From an uncultured Bacillales bacterium (GTDB taxonomy: Bacteria > Bacillota_I > Bacilli_A > RF39 > UBA660): a stretch of DNA of 63,627 bases. Position numbers and translations under genes: made by a program. Where the stretch lies: assembly GCA_946410555.1 (NCBI GenBank), contig CAMKAT010000004.1:1-63627 (forward strand), in the 5' to 3' direction. Shown here piece after piece: positions 37,714 through 47,728 of the stretch. The notes under the pieces are model-generated. The model was not told where the DNA came from. It ran no database searches and saw only the letters and a list, made by a program, of their open reading frames with translations. Each line of letters opens with the position of its first letter. Within the stretch, counting starts at the first letter, position 1.

Positions 37714-37723
37714 AATATAAAAC

Positions 37724-37954
37724 CTACCTTGCTAAATAATCGCTCGTTTCTCTATATATCTTATCGATGATGTCACAATCAAAAGTTTTATAGAAATCTA
37801 CTTTTATATTTTTCTTCTTTAACTCATCAATAAAATTAGAACAAGCAATAGTATATGGGAAATCATTTTCATTTTCTTCAATCCCAGTTAATAGAGTATC
37901 AATATAATCATCGCATACAGAAGATACTATTTTTCTTAATGCAAATCTTTCCAT
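37724..37954 (-). CDS. Hypothetical protein (76 aa)
   Basis: AAGGAGG RBS precedes the ATG at 37954. Lies immediately upstream of the resolvase gene. Confidence 0.5.
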   Translation of the reverse strand: MERFALRKIVSSVCDDYIDTLLTGIEENENDFPYTIACSNFIDELKKKNIKVDFYKTFDCDIIDKIYRETSDYLAR

Positions 37955-38144
37955 TTTATGCCACCTCCTTACCATATGAAGAATAATTATATGATACTTT
38001 TTTCGTTCTTAAAAGGCTTTTTCTTTAAAAAGGTTATGAATGACTTTTTACATATCCAAAAAAGAAATAGGGACTTTATTACATAAAAAAGAGACTTAAT
38101 TTCATATAAAATTAAATCTCCAATAAAGTGTACTTTTTTAAATA

Positions 38145-40673
38145 TTATAATTTTTCATAATCAACCTTTTCTTTATAATCTCTATTATTCCCAGAATTAT
38201 TATATAAAAATAATACTTTTTCTTGTTCTGAATTTAAGTCATAATTAACTTTTTTTAATATACTGTCTACTTTTTCTCTAGTAGTATATAATTTTAAATT
38301 TTCATTTGAAAAATCATATCTTTCGTCCATTCCATAATAAGTTGTTATAAACATCCCCAAGAATTTAAATATTGTTTTATTATTAACATATGACATAACA
38401 TATTTTTTTAATTTTTCTTTATCTTCTATATTTCTATATAATAACCAAAAATACTCTCTACTATTTTCAGCATTAAAAATATTTACTTTATTATTTATAT
38501 CTAATTCTAATTTCTCTTCTAGTTTTCCTTTACCATAATTATATATAAATTCTTTATGACTATTTTGTTCATATTTATCTGGTTTTAACCATCTCAATAC
38601 TTCTTCTAATAAGAAATAATCTTTTTCATATATTAAGTCTATATATTCTTTTTGCTTACCTTGTTCTTGTTCATTATCTATAATAGATGATAATAATATT
38701 TTAGCTCTATCACAAGAATTAAGTCCTAAAAATCTGATGCCATCTTCATACTTATCAATATTATCTAAAACATAATCAAATATGGAAGAACTATCACTTA
38801 TTTCTTTTATGCGAATATTTAATAATTCAAATAATAAATCATGGTTATTAGGATTAACTTTTCTAATTATATAATTAAATTCTTTTTCTATTTTTTTACC
38901 ATTATTTACATTAGTTATAAAATCATTAACCAAAATATTTAACTCTGTAAAAAATGAGTGCCTAATAGTAAAGTAGTTCTTAAAAAATCTACCATTATAA
39001 CATCTTCTATTTTTTATTGAGTTAATTCTATCATCATTAACTACATAATAATATTTTTCCTTAATCGGCTGATTATCATCATATTTTTTTACATTTGGAA
39101 AAACATAGCATAATAATTCTTTTATTTTTTCATCTTTAAATAAATCATCAAAAAACTGTTTTGCTTCTTCATTATACTTTTCTGGCCATATATATTCATA
39201 TTCCATACCATAATTACTATCTTCTGATATAAAATACTTTGAATTGTTATATATATTATTATATAATGTGATATCTTTAAATTTGATAAATTCTAAAACT
39301 AAATAATCAGAAATATCTAATTTTAAAATATAAAGAAACTTAATAGATGTTGAAATGGAATTTATAAACCTTATTACTTCTCGTAAATCTTCAAAATTAT
39401 TAAATATTAAATTTGATATTTTTGAAAAATGATTTTTGTCAGTAATGTCTATATTATAAATATTTAGTAGATTAGATAAACATTTTGTTCCAATATCAAT
39501 AATCTTTTCTTTTTCTATAATTGGAACATACACCTTATCTTGCACTATCTTATTCAAATAATCGCTATCTATTTTTAGTTCTTGTTCAAATATTTTTTTA
39601 ATTCTTGTTTCATCATAACTTAATATATAAACGATGTTATCAAAATCAAAAATATTTTTAACCATTTTAAATGTAAATAATATTTCTTCTTTGCCTAATC
39701 TATCAATATCATCAATAACAATAATTATTTTTTTATCGTTATATTTAATAATATCATTTATTTGTTTTTTTATTGTTTCTAATTCTTGCTCATCATCTTC
39801 AGCAAAAATAGTAGGTAATGAAATATTAGTTGTCCTTTCTATCATATTGAAAATTACCTTTTCATATTTTTTTAGCATACTTTTATAATTAACATAACCA
39901 TAATTTTTGCCAATAAGTTTAAATATATAATTATAAAAACCTCTAAATAAACTAATCTTATTGTCATATTTCCAAGGACTAAAGGTATCAATTAAACAAA
40001 TATTACTACTATTAATTTTAAGTTTTAATAAATTTATTATGCTGGTTTTACCACAACCCCATTTACCAATAAGAGATGTTACAAAAGTCTTTTTAGGATT
40101 ACAGTGAAGTAAACTATCTCTAATACTATCAGTAAATAAAGATAAATCTAATAAATCTTCATTTTCACTTTTTATTGCTTCTTCTTCAAGTAGAATGAAA
40201 CTTTGATTTGTATTTTTAATTTTATTGTTATAAAGGTCATAAATATTATATATATTGCTGTGTTTATCACTACTTTTTTTACTAATTTTTTCTATATGAA
40301 TTACTCGTATAATAACTATTAAAATATTAACTGCTAATATCAAAAACAAAATATTTTTCCAATAAGAATAATATACAATATAGCCATATATAGATAATAC
40401 TTCCGAAAATAGCAAGACAGTTATTATTTTATCAAAATAAGTCATTGTAGATAAAAATAATAAATTCCATAATTTTCTCTTAAATATTTCACATATAAAG
40501 TAAATTAGTATTAAAACTAATACTATCTCGGTATATATCATATTTTGTTCAGCAAATAATAAATTAGTTATATCTAAATAATCTAAAATAAAAATTATTG
40601 AACTGACTATGAAAGAAGTGAAAACTATTGAATAAAGGTTAAAAAAACTATGTAATTTCTTAAAATAATTCAT
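38145..40673 (-). CDS. Membrane-anchored KAP-family P-loop NTPase
   Basis: About four N-terminal TM helices, Walker A LIGKWGCGKTSIINLL, Walker B KKIIIVIDDIDRLGKEE, and a long helical C-terminal region. GGGTGA RBS before the ATG at 40673. Confidence 0.8.
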   Translation of the reverse strand: MNYFKKLHSFFNLYSIVFTSFIVSSIIFILDYLDITNLLFAEQNMIYTEIVLVLILIYFICEIFKRKLWNLLFLSTMTYFDKIITVLLFSEVLSIYGYIVYYSYWKNILFLILAVNILIVIIRVIHIEKISKKSSDKHSNIYNIYDLYNNKIKNTNQSFILLEEEAIKSENEDLLDLSLFTDSIRDSLLHCNPKKTFVTSLIGKWGCGKTSIINLLKLKINSSNICLIDTFSPWKYDNKISLFRGFYNYIFKLIGKNYGYVNYKSMLKKYEKVIFNMIERTTNISLPTIFAEDDEQELETIKKQINDIIKYNDKKIIIVIDDIDRLGKEEILFTFKMVKNIFDFDNIVYILSYDETRIKKIFEQELKIDSDYLNKIVQDKVYVPIIEKEKIIDIGTKCLSNLLNIYNIDITDKNHFSKISNLIFNNFEDLREVIRFINSISTSIKFLYILKLDISDYLVLEFIKFKDITLYNNIYNNSKYFISEDSNYGMEYEYIWPEKYNEEAKQFFDDLFKDEKIKELLCYVFPNVKKYDDNQPIKEKYYYVVNDDRINSIKNRRCYNGRFFKNYFTIRHSFFTELNILVNDFITNVNNGKKIEKEFNYIIRKVNPNNHDLLFELLNIRIKEISDSSSIFDYVLDNIDKYEDGIRFLGLNSCDRAKILLSSIIDNEQEQGKQKEYIDLIYEKDYFLLEEVLRWLKPDKYEQNSHKEFIYNYGKGKLEEKLELDINNKVNIFNAENSREYFWLLYRNIEDKEKLKKYVMSYVNNKTIFKFLGMFITTYYGMDERYDFSNENLKLYTTREKVDSILKKVNYDLNSEQEKVLFLYNNSGNNRDYKEKVDYEKL

Positions 40674-40717
40674 AAAATCACCCAAGTAATATTATATCAT
40701 TAAAAAATGCCTTTTGT

Positions 40718-41218
40718 TTAGGCATTTACATATATTTCTTTTATTTCTTCATTAGGTAATACCAATGTAAAATCAATATTATATTGATTAACTAATATTT
40801 CTAATTTATCAGCAACTATTTTTCCAATATCATTATGTTTATAACCATGTACCCCAGTTCCTATACTTACGCTAACAATATTTTTATAATCTTTTTCTTT
40901 CGCTGAAATAAAGATATCACTATAACTTTCTAATAGTTCGCTGATTGGATCTTTGCTTTGATGATATTTAGGACAATAAATATGCAAGATATCTATACCT
41001 ATATTAAATCCTGGGGTAAATCTAATCTCATTGACTTTCATATTATCTTTAAAATGTTCTTTACAATATTTTTCTAATAAATTTTTACCAGCCATTTTAT
41101 ATATTGCTCCACAAACACCACTACCATATATCATATATTGATTAGCACTATTAACTATTAAATCTTTATTGTCTAAATAATCAAATATATTACCACTCAC
41201 AATATTTAATTTAGCCAT
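40718..41218 (-). CDS. Stand-alone macro domain protein (ADP-ribose binding/hydrolase fold)
   Basis: LIVNSANQYMIYGSGVCGAIYKMAG and VSIGTGVHGYKH match the N-x-A-N...G-x-G-V...A-G and T-G-x-x-G macro signatures. Confidence 0.75.
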   Translation of the reverse strand: MAKLNIVSGNIFDYLDNKDLIVNSANQYMIYGSGVCGAIYKMAGKNLLEKYCKEHFKDNMKVNEIRFTPGFNIGIDILHIYCPKYHQSKDPISELLESYSDIFISAKEKDYKNIVSVSIGTGVHGYKHNDIGKIVADKLEILVNQYNIDFTLVLPNEEIKEIYVNA

Positions 41219-41242
41219 AATAACAACTCCATATCATAATAT

Positions 41243-42058
41243 TTAATTATAGTCTTTATCTTTAATGGTATTTATAAAAGTTTCTTTTTTTCTACCGATA
41301 TTTATATTATCTAAATAAAAACTCCCTGAGCCAATTAGCCAAAAAATCTTATCAACTTTATAAGGGGTTTCATCAACTATATTTGCCATTTCTATTACTG
41401 CTTTATATGCTGAATAATCATTATTTTCACATAAATTAAAGAAAGCAAATATATCTTTTATATGTACATCTGGTTTTGGGTACTTATCATAACCAAGTTC
41501 CTTTAAAAAATCACAAGCAAGTGGAAAACCTAAACCAACTATTTCTCTTTCTAATAACATTGGCAGTGCTGCAGAAGATAGTTCATTATAATCAAACATA
41601 CTAACAAACTTATCAAAATCATTAACATCACTAAATCTATTTATAAACTCACAAGCTGATATAACTGATTTAGCATATAATCTCCACAAATTATTTTTGC
41701 TATCTATATTTTTTACATTAAAATGATTATCAAAAGTATTTAATAAACTATCACAATTATAATGTTCTAATATTTTATTGCTATCATAATCAAACAATAA
41801 TTTCTTAAATATATTTTTTCTTTCTTCCTTTTCTAAACCTATAACATTTGATGACATTTGTCTGTTTTGTAATGATACTAATAACCCATACAATATATCA
41901 TTTTTTGATTTAAACTTTTTTTCAACTTTTAAATATTTATTCAAATCTAAATTTGGATTTATATTATTTAAGTAATTTACTGCTTCATTATATAAAACTT
42001 TATATCTATTATATTTATCAATATCAAATATTTTCTTCACAACAAACACCTCATACAT
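41243..42058 (-). CDS. Hypothetical protein with an HhH-GPD-like (DNA glycosylase superfamily) motif
   Basis: IVGLGFPLACDFLKELGYDKYPKPDVHIKDIF parallels EndoIII [29 protein letters not shown] and AlkA GIGRWTANYF...LPDDYLI (helix-hairpin-helix plus catalytic Asp). Judged by eye only. Confidence 0.45.
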   Translation of the reverse strand: MYEVFVVKKIFDIDKYNRYKVLYNEAVNYLNNINPNLDLNKYLKVEKKFKSKNDILYGLLVSLQNRQMSSNVIGLEKEERKNIFKKLLFDYDSNKILEHYNCDSLLNTFDNHFNVKNIDSKNNLWRLYAKSVISACEFINRFSDVNDFDKFVSMFDYNELSSAALPMLLEREIVGLGFPLACDFLKELGYDKYPKPDVHIKDIFAFFNLCENNDYSAYKAVIEMANIVDETPYKVDKIFWLIGSGSFYLDNINIGRKKETFINTIKDKDYN

Positions 42059-42190
42059 AAAATATTATAACATATATAACTAATATCTTATGTTTATTAC
42101 CGATTATTTCGCTCATATTTCGTTTTTAAAATAAAATCAACATATTTTATTATCTCAATACAAAATATCTTTTATATAACATTTATCAAA

Positions 42191-42835
42191 CTAATTATTT
42201 TTAATCTTATTAACTACATACATAAATGTCCCAGTATTTTCATCATCTAATTTACTATAACATTTCCAATTTATATAATAACTATCTTTTAATACAATAG
42301 GTTTTTCACAATTTTTCATAGTTCCTTTACTCGCTGTCTTTTCCCAAAACATTGTACCACTTTTAACTATTTTATCTTCTAATGAAAATTGCTTATACAC
42401 ACAATTCTTTTTTAATGGCTTTTTTATATAACTTATATCATTAGTTATAAACATTGTATACCCAGTATCAAACTCTTTAACATTATTTCTTATTTTCTCA
42501 ATTCTCATAATATCTTTTAAATATAAATAACTATTAACATCTTTTGCACCATGATTTTTTAAATTAAATATTTCATCATCAACAACTTTGGTACAACCTT
42601 TTGTCTTATACTTTAATTCAATAGGATACCATTTATTATCTATAATAACTAATATATCAATATGCATATTTAAATCAAAAGTAGGGCAATACTCTAATCT
42701 TATCTTCGCATTAGGATAATTTTCTTTAATAGTCCAAGCAAGTTCTAATTGAAAATCGGCTTCTGATACAAATATTTTTCTTCTTTCTTTTAATTTATCA
42801 ACTATTAACCCCATATCTAAAAAATTACTACCCAT
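42191..42835 (-). CDS. PD-(D/E)xK nuclease-fold protein
   Basis: SEADFQLELAW ... HIDILVI ... YPIELKYK gives the E ... D ... E-x-K arrangement of restriction-endonuclease-like nucleases. Confidence 0.6.
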   Translation of the reverse strand: MGSNFLDMGLIVDKLKERRKIFVSEADFQLELAWTIKENYPNAKIRLEYCPTFDLNMHIDILVIIDNKWYPIELKYKTKGCTKVVDDEIFNLKNHGAKDVNSYLYLKDIMRIEKIRNNVKEFDTGYTMFITNDISYIKKPLKKNCVYKQFSLEDKIVKSGTMFWEKTASKGTMKNCEKPIVLKDSYYINWKCYSKLDDENTGTFMYVVNKIKNN

Positions 42836-42969
42836 ATTTTATGCTCCTTATAGTTATTTTCCTATAAGAACATTATAACATAAAATATATGTTTTTACAC
42901 ATACTAATATTAGTTAATATTACTATCACTGAAAACTAATAATTTTAAAATTATATATAGGTGGTACTT

Positions 42970-43308
42970 ATGAAATATAATAACCAAAACAATTTACAAA
43001 CTATAAGAAAGAAATTAGGATTAAAACAAATTAAAGTTGCTATGGATTTAGGAACTACCCAAGAAACTATATCATCTTATGAAACGGGTAGGGTCTTTCC
43101 TAATATTGATATGTTAATTGCATTAGCCAAATACTATAATACATCTATTGACTATCTTTTAGGTTTAACTAAATATGATATTCCTACTAACGATATTAAA
43201 CCTAACAACATAACTGATGATGACTTTATGTTATTAACTAAAATCAATAAACTATCTTCTATCAATAAAGCAAAAGCAGAAGCCTATATAGATGGTCTTA
43301 ATGACTAA
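42970..43308 (+). CDS. XRE-family HTH transcriptional regulator (repressor-like)
   Basis: LQTIRKKLGLKQIKVAMDLGTTQETISSYETGRVFPNIDMLIALAKYYNTSIDYLLGL. Divergent from the nuclease gene. Confidence 0.88.
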   Translation: MKYNNQNNLQTIRKKLGLKQIKVAMDLGTTQETISSYETGRVFPNIDMLIALAKYYNTSIDYLLGLTKYDIPTNDIKPNNITDDDFMLLTKINKLSSINKAKAEAYIDGLND

Positions 43309-43512
43309 TCATATATAGGACTTTTTCTTTTTATTCTACTTTTAACTATATATTTTAACCAATTCTATATCTTACCCCTATAATAATATTACTCATTATA
43401 TTATCCGTATATTAACTGACTTTACTATGTAAAATCATTCATTATTATATTACTTATTATATCAAAATTATGTATCTATTATATGATAGTTATTTATACT
43501 ATCTTTTTTTAA

Positions 43513-44328
43513 TTAAAGCCATATTTCTTCTTCGTATTTTCTTCTTTTCAAACTTTCATTTTCCTGTACTTTATTATTATTTATTATTTCGTAATTACTT
43601 GCTATCTTATCTAATTGAACTTGTTTCATCAACTTATCAACAACTTTTTTATCTTGGTCTTTTGACAAATCCCAATAAAAGTTTTTAATTTTATAATAGT
43701 TATCTTCAAGTTCTAATCTCTTTTTAGTTCCAATAGTTCTACAATATTTTAATGCTGTTCTTGCTTTCATATATGCCTTATATAAATCTTTTAAACTATA
43801 ACCTTTTGGAATTCTTTCTTCGCCCGTATAATTATAATTACAAAATAATACTTCATCTGCTTGGTCTATAAAATATTCGGCTTTATTTATATTTGTATCT
43901 TTCTTATATATTTTGCTTTTATCTTTTATTTTCCCATAGTCAAAAGGCTCTTTTTCTATTTTTAATTCATTCCAATTTTTATCAATATATTTTTTTATTT
44001 CTTCTCTAAAAGCATACATAGGCTTTGATACAAATAAAATATGTAAATGCCATTTAACTTTTATATCTTCATTAACACTATAATATTTATCTATAACCTT
44101 ACTAGGTCTACCAACTTTGCCATTATGTTCATAATATACCATTGTGCTATTACCTTTATTACTACTAACACAAATCATTGCTTCAGCCGACCAGCCTTTA
44201 TCTGCTTTCTTCTTACAAGTATATCTAATAAATTCTTTTAATCTTTTAGCATATCTTATTGCTTCCTCTTTATCTTTAAATCTCATATTCAAATCAAAAC
44301 TAGAAATACCTAATTTACTCTTTGACAT
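43513..44328 (-). CDS. Hypothetical protein, possible HUH-type Rep/relaxase
   Basis: KWHLHILFVSK fits the H-u-H-u-u-u motif. Downstream Tyr candidates are KAEYFIDQ and LYKAYMK. No search was run. Confidence 0.35.
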   Translation of the reverse strand: MSKSKLGISSFDLNMRFKDKEEAIRYAKRLKEFIRYTCKKKADKGWSAEAMICVSSNKGNSTMVYYEHNGKVGRPSKVIDKYYSVNEDIKVKWHLHILFVSKPMYAFREEIKKYIDKNWNELKIEKEPFDYGKIKDKSKIYKKDTNINKAEYFIDQADEVLFCNYNYTGEERIPKGYSLKDLYKAYMKARTALKYCRTIGTKKRLELEDNYYKIKNFYWDLSKDQDKKVVDKLMKQVQLDKIASNYEIINNNKVQENESLKRRKYEEEIWL

Positions 44329-44621
44329 TATGCTACACCATCTTTCATAGCAGTTAATATCAAATCAAGTTCTTTCATCTTTATAGGCATTTCTCTATTA
44401 TATAAAAACATATTATTCTCATCAAAATATAATACTATTATTTTCTTACCATTTAATTTAATATGAAATCTATGAGGCTCTATAAAACTAACATTAACTT
44501 TATCTAAATTGATAATCTTTCCTTGCTCGAACTTGTATTTTGCATTATGAAAATCACAAGTTATCATTATTTTACTTTCAAATTTCTCATTTCTTTTTAA
44601 CTCTATATAATCTTTTACCAT
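44328..44621 (-). CDS. Hypothetical protein (97 aa)
   Basis: AGGAGG RBS. Its stop overlaps the start of the downstream Rep-like gene (ATGA-type coupling). Confidence 0.6.
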   Translation of the reverse strand: MVKDYIELKRNEKFESKIMITCDFHNAKYKFEQGKIINLDKVNVSFIEPHRFHIKLNGKKIIVLYFDENNMFLYNREMPIKMKELDLILTAMKDGVA

Positions 44622-44721
44622 AATTTCCTCCTATTTTATGGCAAATTAAAACACGGATAAATTATTCGTTTTCCGTGCTTTTATATAGGTTAAATCCAAT
44701 TTTTTGGATTATTTCCAACAA

Positions 44722-44795
44722 TGGCAGGGGTGGAAGGAATCGAACCCTCCTCTGTGGTTTTGGAGACCATCATTCTACCGATGAACTACACCCCT
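44722..44795 (-). tRNA. trnW: tRNA-Trp (anticodon CCA)
   Basis: Cloverleaf AGGGGTG acceptor, anticodon loop CTCCAAA, T-loop GGTTCGATTCC, encoded CCA end. The 3' end faces the mobile element. Confidence 0.9.
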
Positions 44796-44888
44796 AAATC
44801 AAATTGATAATGTGATTATAACACGAAATTTGACCAATTGCTACAATTATGTTAAACTAGACGAAGTTTTTTTGAGGGGGGAATAGAT

Positions 44889-45698
44889 ATGAATAAAGAA
44901 CAAATTATTAAAAGTTTAAAAGAAATTAAAAATGTTATTTCTGTTACTTGCAGTAATACAATAGAAAGTATTACTACTAAAAAAGAAGATCTAACTACTT
45001 CTATTAATAAATTAGAAAAGAATACTCAAGAAGTTATTGGATTAAAAGATATATTAAGTAAAGTAGAATTAAGAGGTTCTATTCCTAACTTTATTCTTGA
45101 AGGCTATGAATCAGCTGATATAAAAGAAAAAAATGGAGTAAATTACTTAGAATTTATATATAGAGATGGTAAAGCTAGAGTAATTTGCCAAAAGTTAGAT
45201 GATAAATCTATATTTCCAAATTATAAATATAATATAGATAGAAAATTTAATGGTGAAAATGGTTTAGTTTCTTATAAATATAATACTCAAAATAATAGAG
45301 CAGACTATACTATGTGTGTTAGAGATGAAAATTGTGTATCTAATATTAAAGGTCAAGTTAAATCTACTAAAAAAAATGTATCATATATTGAAGCTGCATC
45401 TAAAGTTTATACATATAGATCATTAGAATTATTAAAACCATTCTTTAACTTTGATAATGAAAAGATTGAAATCGTATCTAATGTTGTTAATGGATTTAGA
45501 TCTCAATATTTACCTACATATGAAGATACATACACATGTAAAAGAGTAGGAGAAAAAGTAACTTTAGAATATAATGGTGAAGATAATTTTAATTCAATAG
45601 AATCATATAATGAAGGATTAGGAATGAAAGTTGGATTTGAATCTTATATAAATGGTGAAATGAGACCATTAGATGCTTTAGTTAGAATACTTAAGTAA
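44889..45698 (+). CDS. Hypothetical protein (269 aa)
   Basis: GAGGGGGG RBS and its own terminator (ataccag...ctggtat plus T-run at 45703-45728). Confidence 0.65.
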   Translation: MNKEQIIKSLKEIKNVISVTCSNTIESITTKKEDLTTSINKLEKNTQEVIGLKDILSKVELRGSIPNFILEGYESADIKEKNGVNYLEFIYRDGKARVICQKLDDKSIFPNYKYNIDRKFNGENGLVSYKYNTQNNRADYTMCVRDENCVSNIKGQVKSTKKNVSYIEAASKVYTYRSLELLKPFFNFDNEKIEIVSNVVNGFRSQYLPTYEDTYTCKRVGEKVTLEYNGEDNFNSIESYNEGLGMKVGFESYINGEMRPLDALVRILK

Positions 45699-45770
45699 TT
45701 TAAATACCAGGCTACTGGTATTTTTTTTGTGCCTTTATAATGTTATAATTTATATAAGGTGGTTGGTAGT

Positions 45771-47156
45771 ATGATAAATAATTTATCGTATCTTTCATTT
45801 TTGAATAAAAAGATATTTATTACTGATGAAGAATTAAATTATAAATTTGGTTTAGATAAATTATTAGTTAAAAACCAATATGAGTTTAATCTTTATAAAG
45901 AGAATATCAAATATTTAGTAACTGAAACATTAGAAAATGATGGTCTATTCAGATATGTATTAAAGAATATGGCTAATAAGAACTATGTATTTGCTATATC
46001 TTTTATATTATTAAAAGATGATGATGTCATAGGATCTATTTCATTAACTAAGAAAACTTATGCTTTATGTCTATATAAATTATTAAGTTTAGGTTTAAAA
46101 GATACAGCTCTAACTAGAGCACATAAGTTATTATCATTTACTACAATCGAAGAATGTAAAAAGAATAATACTTATTCAACTACTCAAATTACATTTAAAG
46201 ATGGTAATAAAATATCGATAAACAATATAGATTTGATTAATATATTTAATTCTAGTCCTGATTATATAAATGTAATAGCTAATAAAAATAATATAAGTGT
46301 TAATAATGTAAGACTATTAATGCTTATGTTTGCTTCAACTGGAATACTAAAGAAATACTTATTTAGTGATTCTGCTTATATTATGGAAGAAGAATTAAGA
46401 CACATTGATATATCTTCTTTAGTTATTGAAAAACACGACAAACCGAAACAAACATTAAATATTAAAATATATAATAAATTATTTGATTATATGGATGAAT
46501 CATATACCCCATTTGAAAAGTTAATGTTTGTATATAAACAAATGAAAGATATTCAATTTAGTATTCAAACTCTAGCTTTTGTAGCAGAAAACTTAGGAAT
46601 TGAATATAAATTAGATGGTAATCTCCTAGAAATATGGTATGAAGAATACAATATCTTATTCTCTAAGGAAAGATTTAGAATTCAAACTGATAACTCATCA
46701 ACTAGAATGAAAGTATATGAAATAGATGATAAGCTATCTGAAGATATAATTAATAAACGTACTACTGAAACAAGATTATTTAATAATATCGCATATTATA
46801 AGAATTTCTATTTAACCGATGGACCTAGTGATAGTGAAAAATTGATTACTTTCTTAAGAATAGCTTCATTTATTAAAGATTATGATTCGACCTTTTTAAA
46901 TAGAATTGAACATATTTATAAAAAGATCTTAGGACATGATGAAAACTCTAAGTTATATGTAATAACTAATGATTCAAGAAATAAAGAAATGAAGAAAGTA
47001 ATACCTATCGTAGTAGTAAAATATAATGATACTTATTATGTTATAGATCCAATTTCTAATATAAAAGTTAATAACTATAAAGATATAAACAATTATTTAG
47101 AGAATAAAGAATATTATTCTGAAATGATAAAAGGATGTGATTTTCTAAATGCTTAA
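45771..47156 (+). CDS. Hypothetical protein (461 aa), first gene of a six-gene operon
   Basis: Extended -10 TGTTATAAT at 45741-45749. AAGGTGG RBS before ATG 45771. Confidence 0.7.
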   Translation: MINNLSYLSFLNKKIFITDEELNYKFGLDKLLVKNQYEFNLYKENIKYLVTETLENDGLFRYVLKNMANKNYVFAISFILLKDDDVIGSISLTKKTYALCLYKLLSLGLKDTALTRAHKLLSFTTIEECKKNNTYSTTQITFKDGNKISINNIDLINIFNSSPDYINVIANKNNISVNNVRLLMLMFASTGILKKYLFSDSAYIMEEELRHIDISSLVIEKHDKPKQTLNIKIYNKLFDYMDESYTPFEKLMFVYKQMKDIQFSIQTLAFVAENLGIEYKLDGNLLEIWYEEYNILFSKERFRIQTDNSSTRMKVYEIDDKLSEDIINKRTTETRLFNNIAYYKNFYLTDGPSDSEKLITFLRIASFIKDYDSTFLNRIEHIYKKILGHDENSKLYVITNDSRNKEMKKVIPIVVVKYNDTYYVIDPISNIKVNNYKDINNYLENKEYYSEMIKGCDFLNA

Positions 47157-47358
47157 TAAATTAAGAGAAAAGACACAAGAATTATTGGATAGAAATGATG
47201 AAAATTTTAAAAAATATTCAATAATAAATGATATACTTAAAAATGAAAGATGTTTCTATGAGATGGATATGGATACATCTATTTCAATTATTATGGATTT
47301 AGGATATACATATGAGGATTCATTAAAGATATATTCTTATTTCATAATTAATTCATAG
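47149..47358 (+). CDS. Hypothetical small protein (69 aa)
   Basis: Start overlaps the upstream stop by 8 nt (translational coupling). Confidence 0.55.
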   Translation: MLNKLREKTQELLDRNDENFKKYSIINDILKNERCFYEMDMDTSISIIMDLGYTYEDSLKIYSYFIINS

Positions 47359-47367
47359 GGAGGTTTT

Positions 47368-47718
47368 ATGGAATTACCAATTATTAATCGTGAACTAGTA
47401 GATTTCACTAGTGATACTGAAGTAGTTAACATTGGATATAACGAAGGAGTATATGAAAATAGACCATATAGAATTGAAGTATGGGCAAGTTATGATATAG
47501 ATGTAGCTACTGTATTTATATCTAATATTGATTTATCAGAAAATAATATTAGAAAGTATTTAATAGATTCTAAGATTGTTAATATAATCGAAGATAATAT
47601 TAAAATAGATACAATCGAATCAGATGGTAATAAATTCTATTCAATTAATATTCCATTAAGAGATAGAACAAAAGTCTATAATGAAGTATTAGTAGACTTA
47701 AAACCATATGATTTATAG
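47368..47718 (+). CDS. Hypothetical protein (116 aa)
   Basis: Preceded by TAGGGAGGTTTTATGG, nearly identical to the junction before the next gene. Confidence 0.6.
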   Translation: MELPIINRELVDFTSDTEVVNIGYNEGVYENRPYRIEVWASYDIDVATVFISNIDLSENNIRKYLIDSKIVNIIEDNIKIDTIESDGNKFYSINIPLRDRTKVYNEVLVDLKPYDL

Positions 47719-47728
47719 GGAGGGTTTT

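Larger units (their letters stand above)
34019..44721. mobile_element. Putative integrative (mobilisable) element of about 10.7 kb; boundaries approximate
   Basis: A large serine recombinase sits at the left end. The element also has a small resolvase, an HUH Rep-like gene, an XRE regulator and cargo genes. The left edge is repeat copy D. The right edge abuts the 3' end of tRNA-Trp, where a related ATTTTATGGCA motif occurs at 44633-44643. Confidence 0.55.

Noticed and set aside
36154-38144. An invertible DNA switch controlled by the small resolvase/invertase (37120-37713)
   Set aside because: I compared the flanking intergenic regions (36154-36271 and 37976-38144) for inverted repeats. I found only a 10-nt direct match (TCTTAAAAGG), which is not significant in AT-rich DNA.
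43470-43688. 72-aa plus-strand ORF downstream of the XRE gene
   Set aside because: It is a low-complexity Leu/Phe/Tyr translation that overlaps the 3' end of the minus-strand Rep-like gene and has no RBS.
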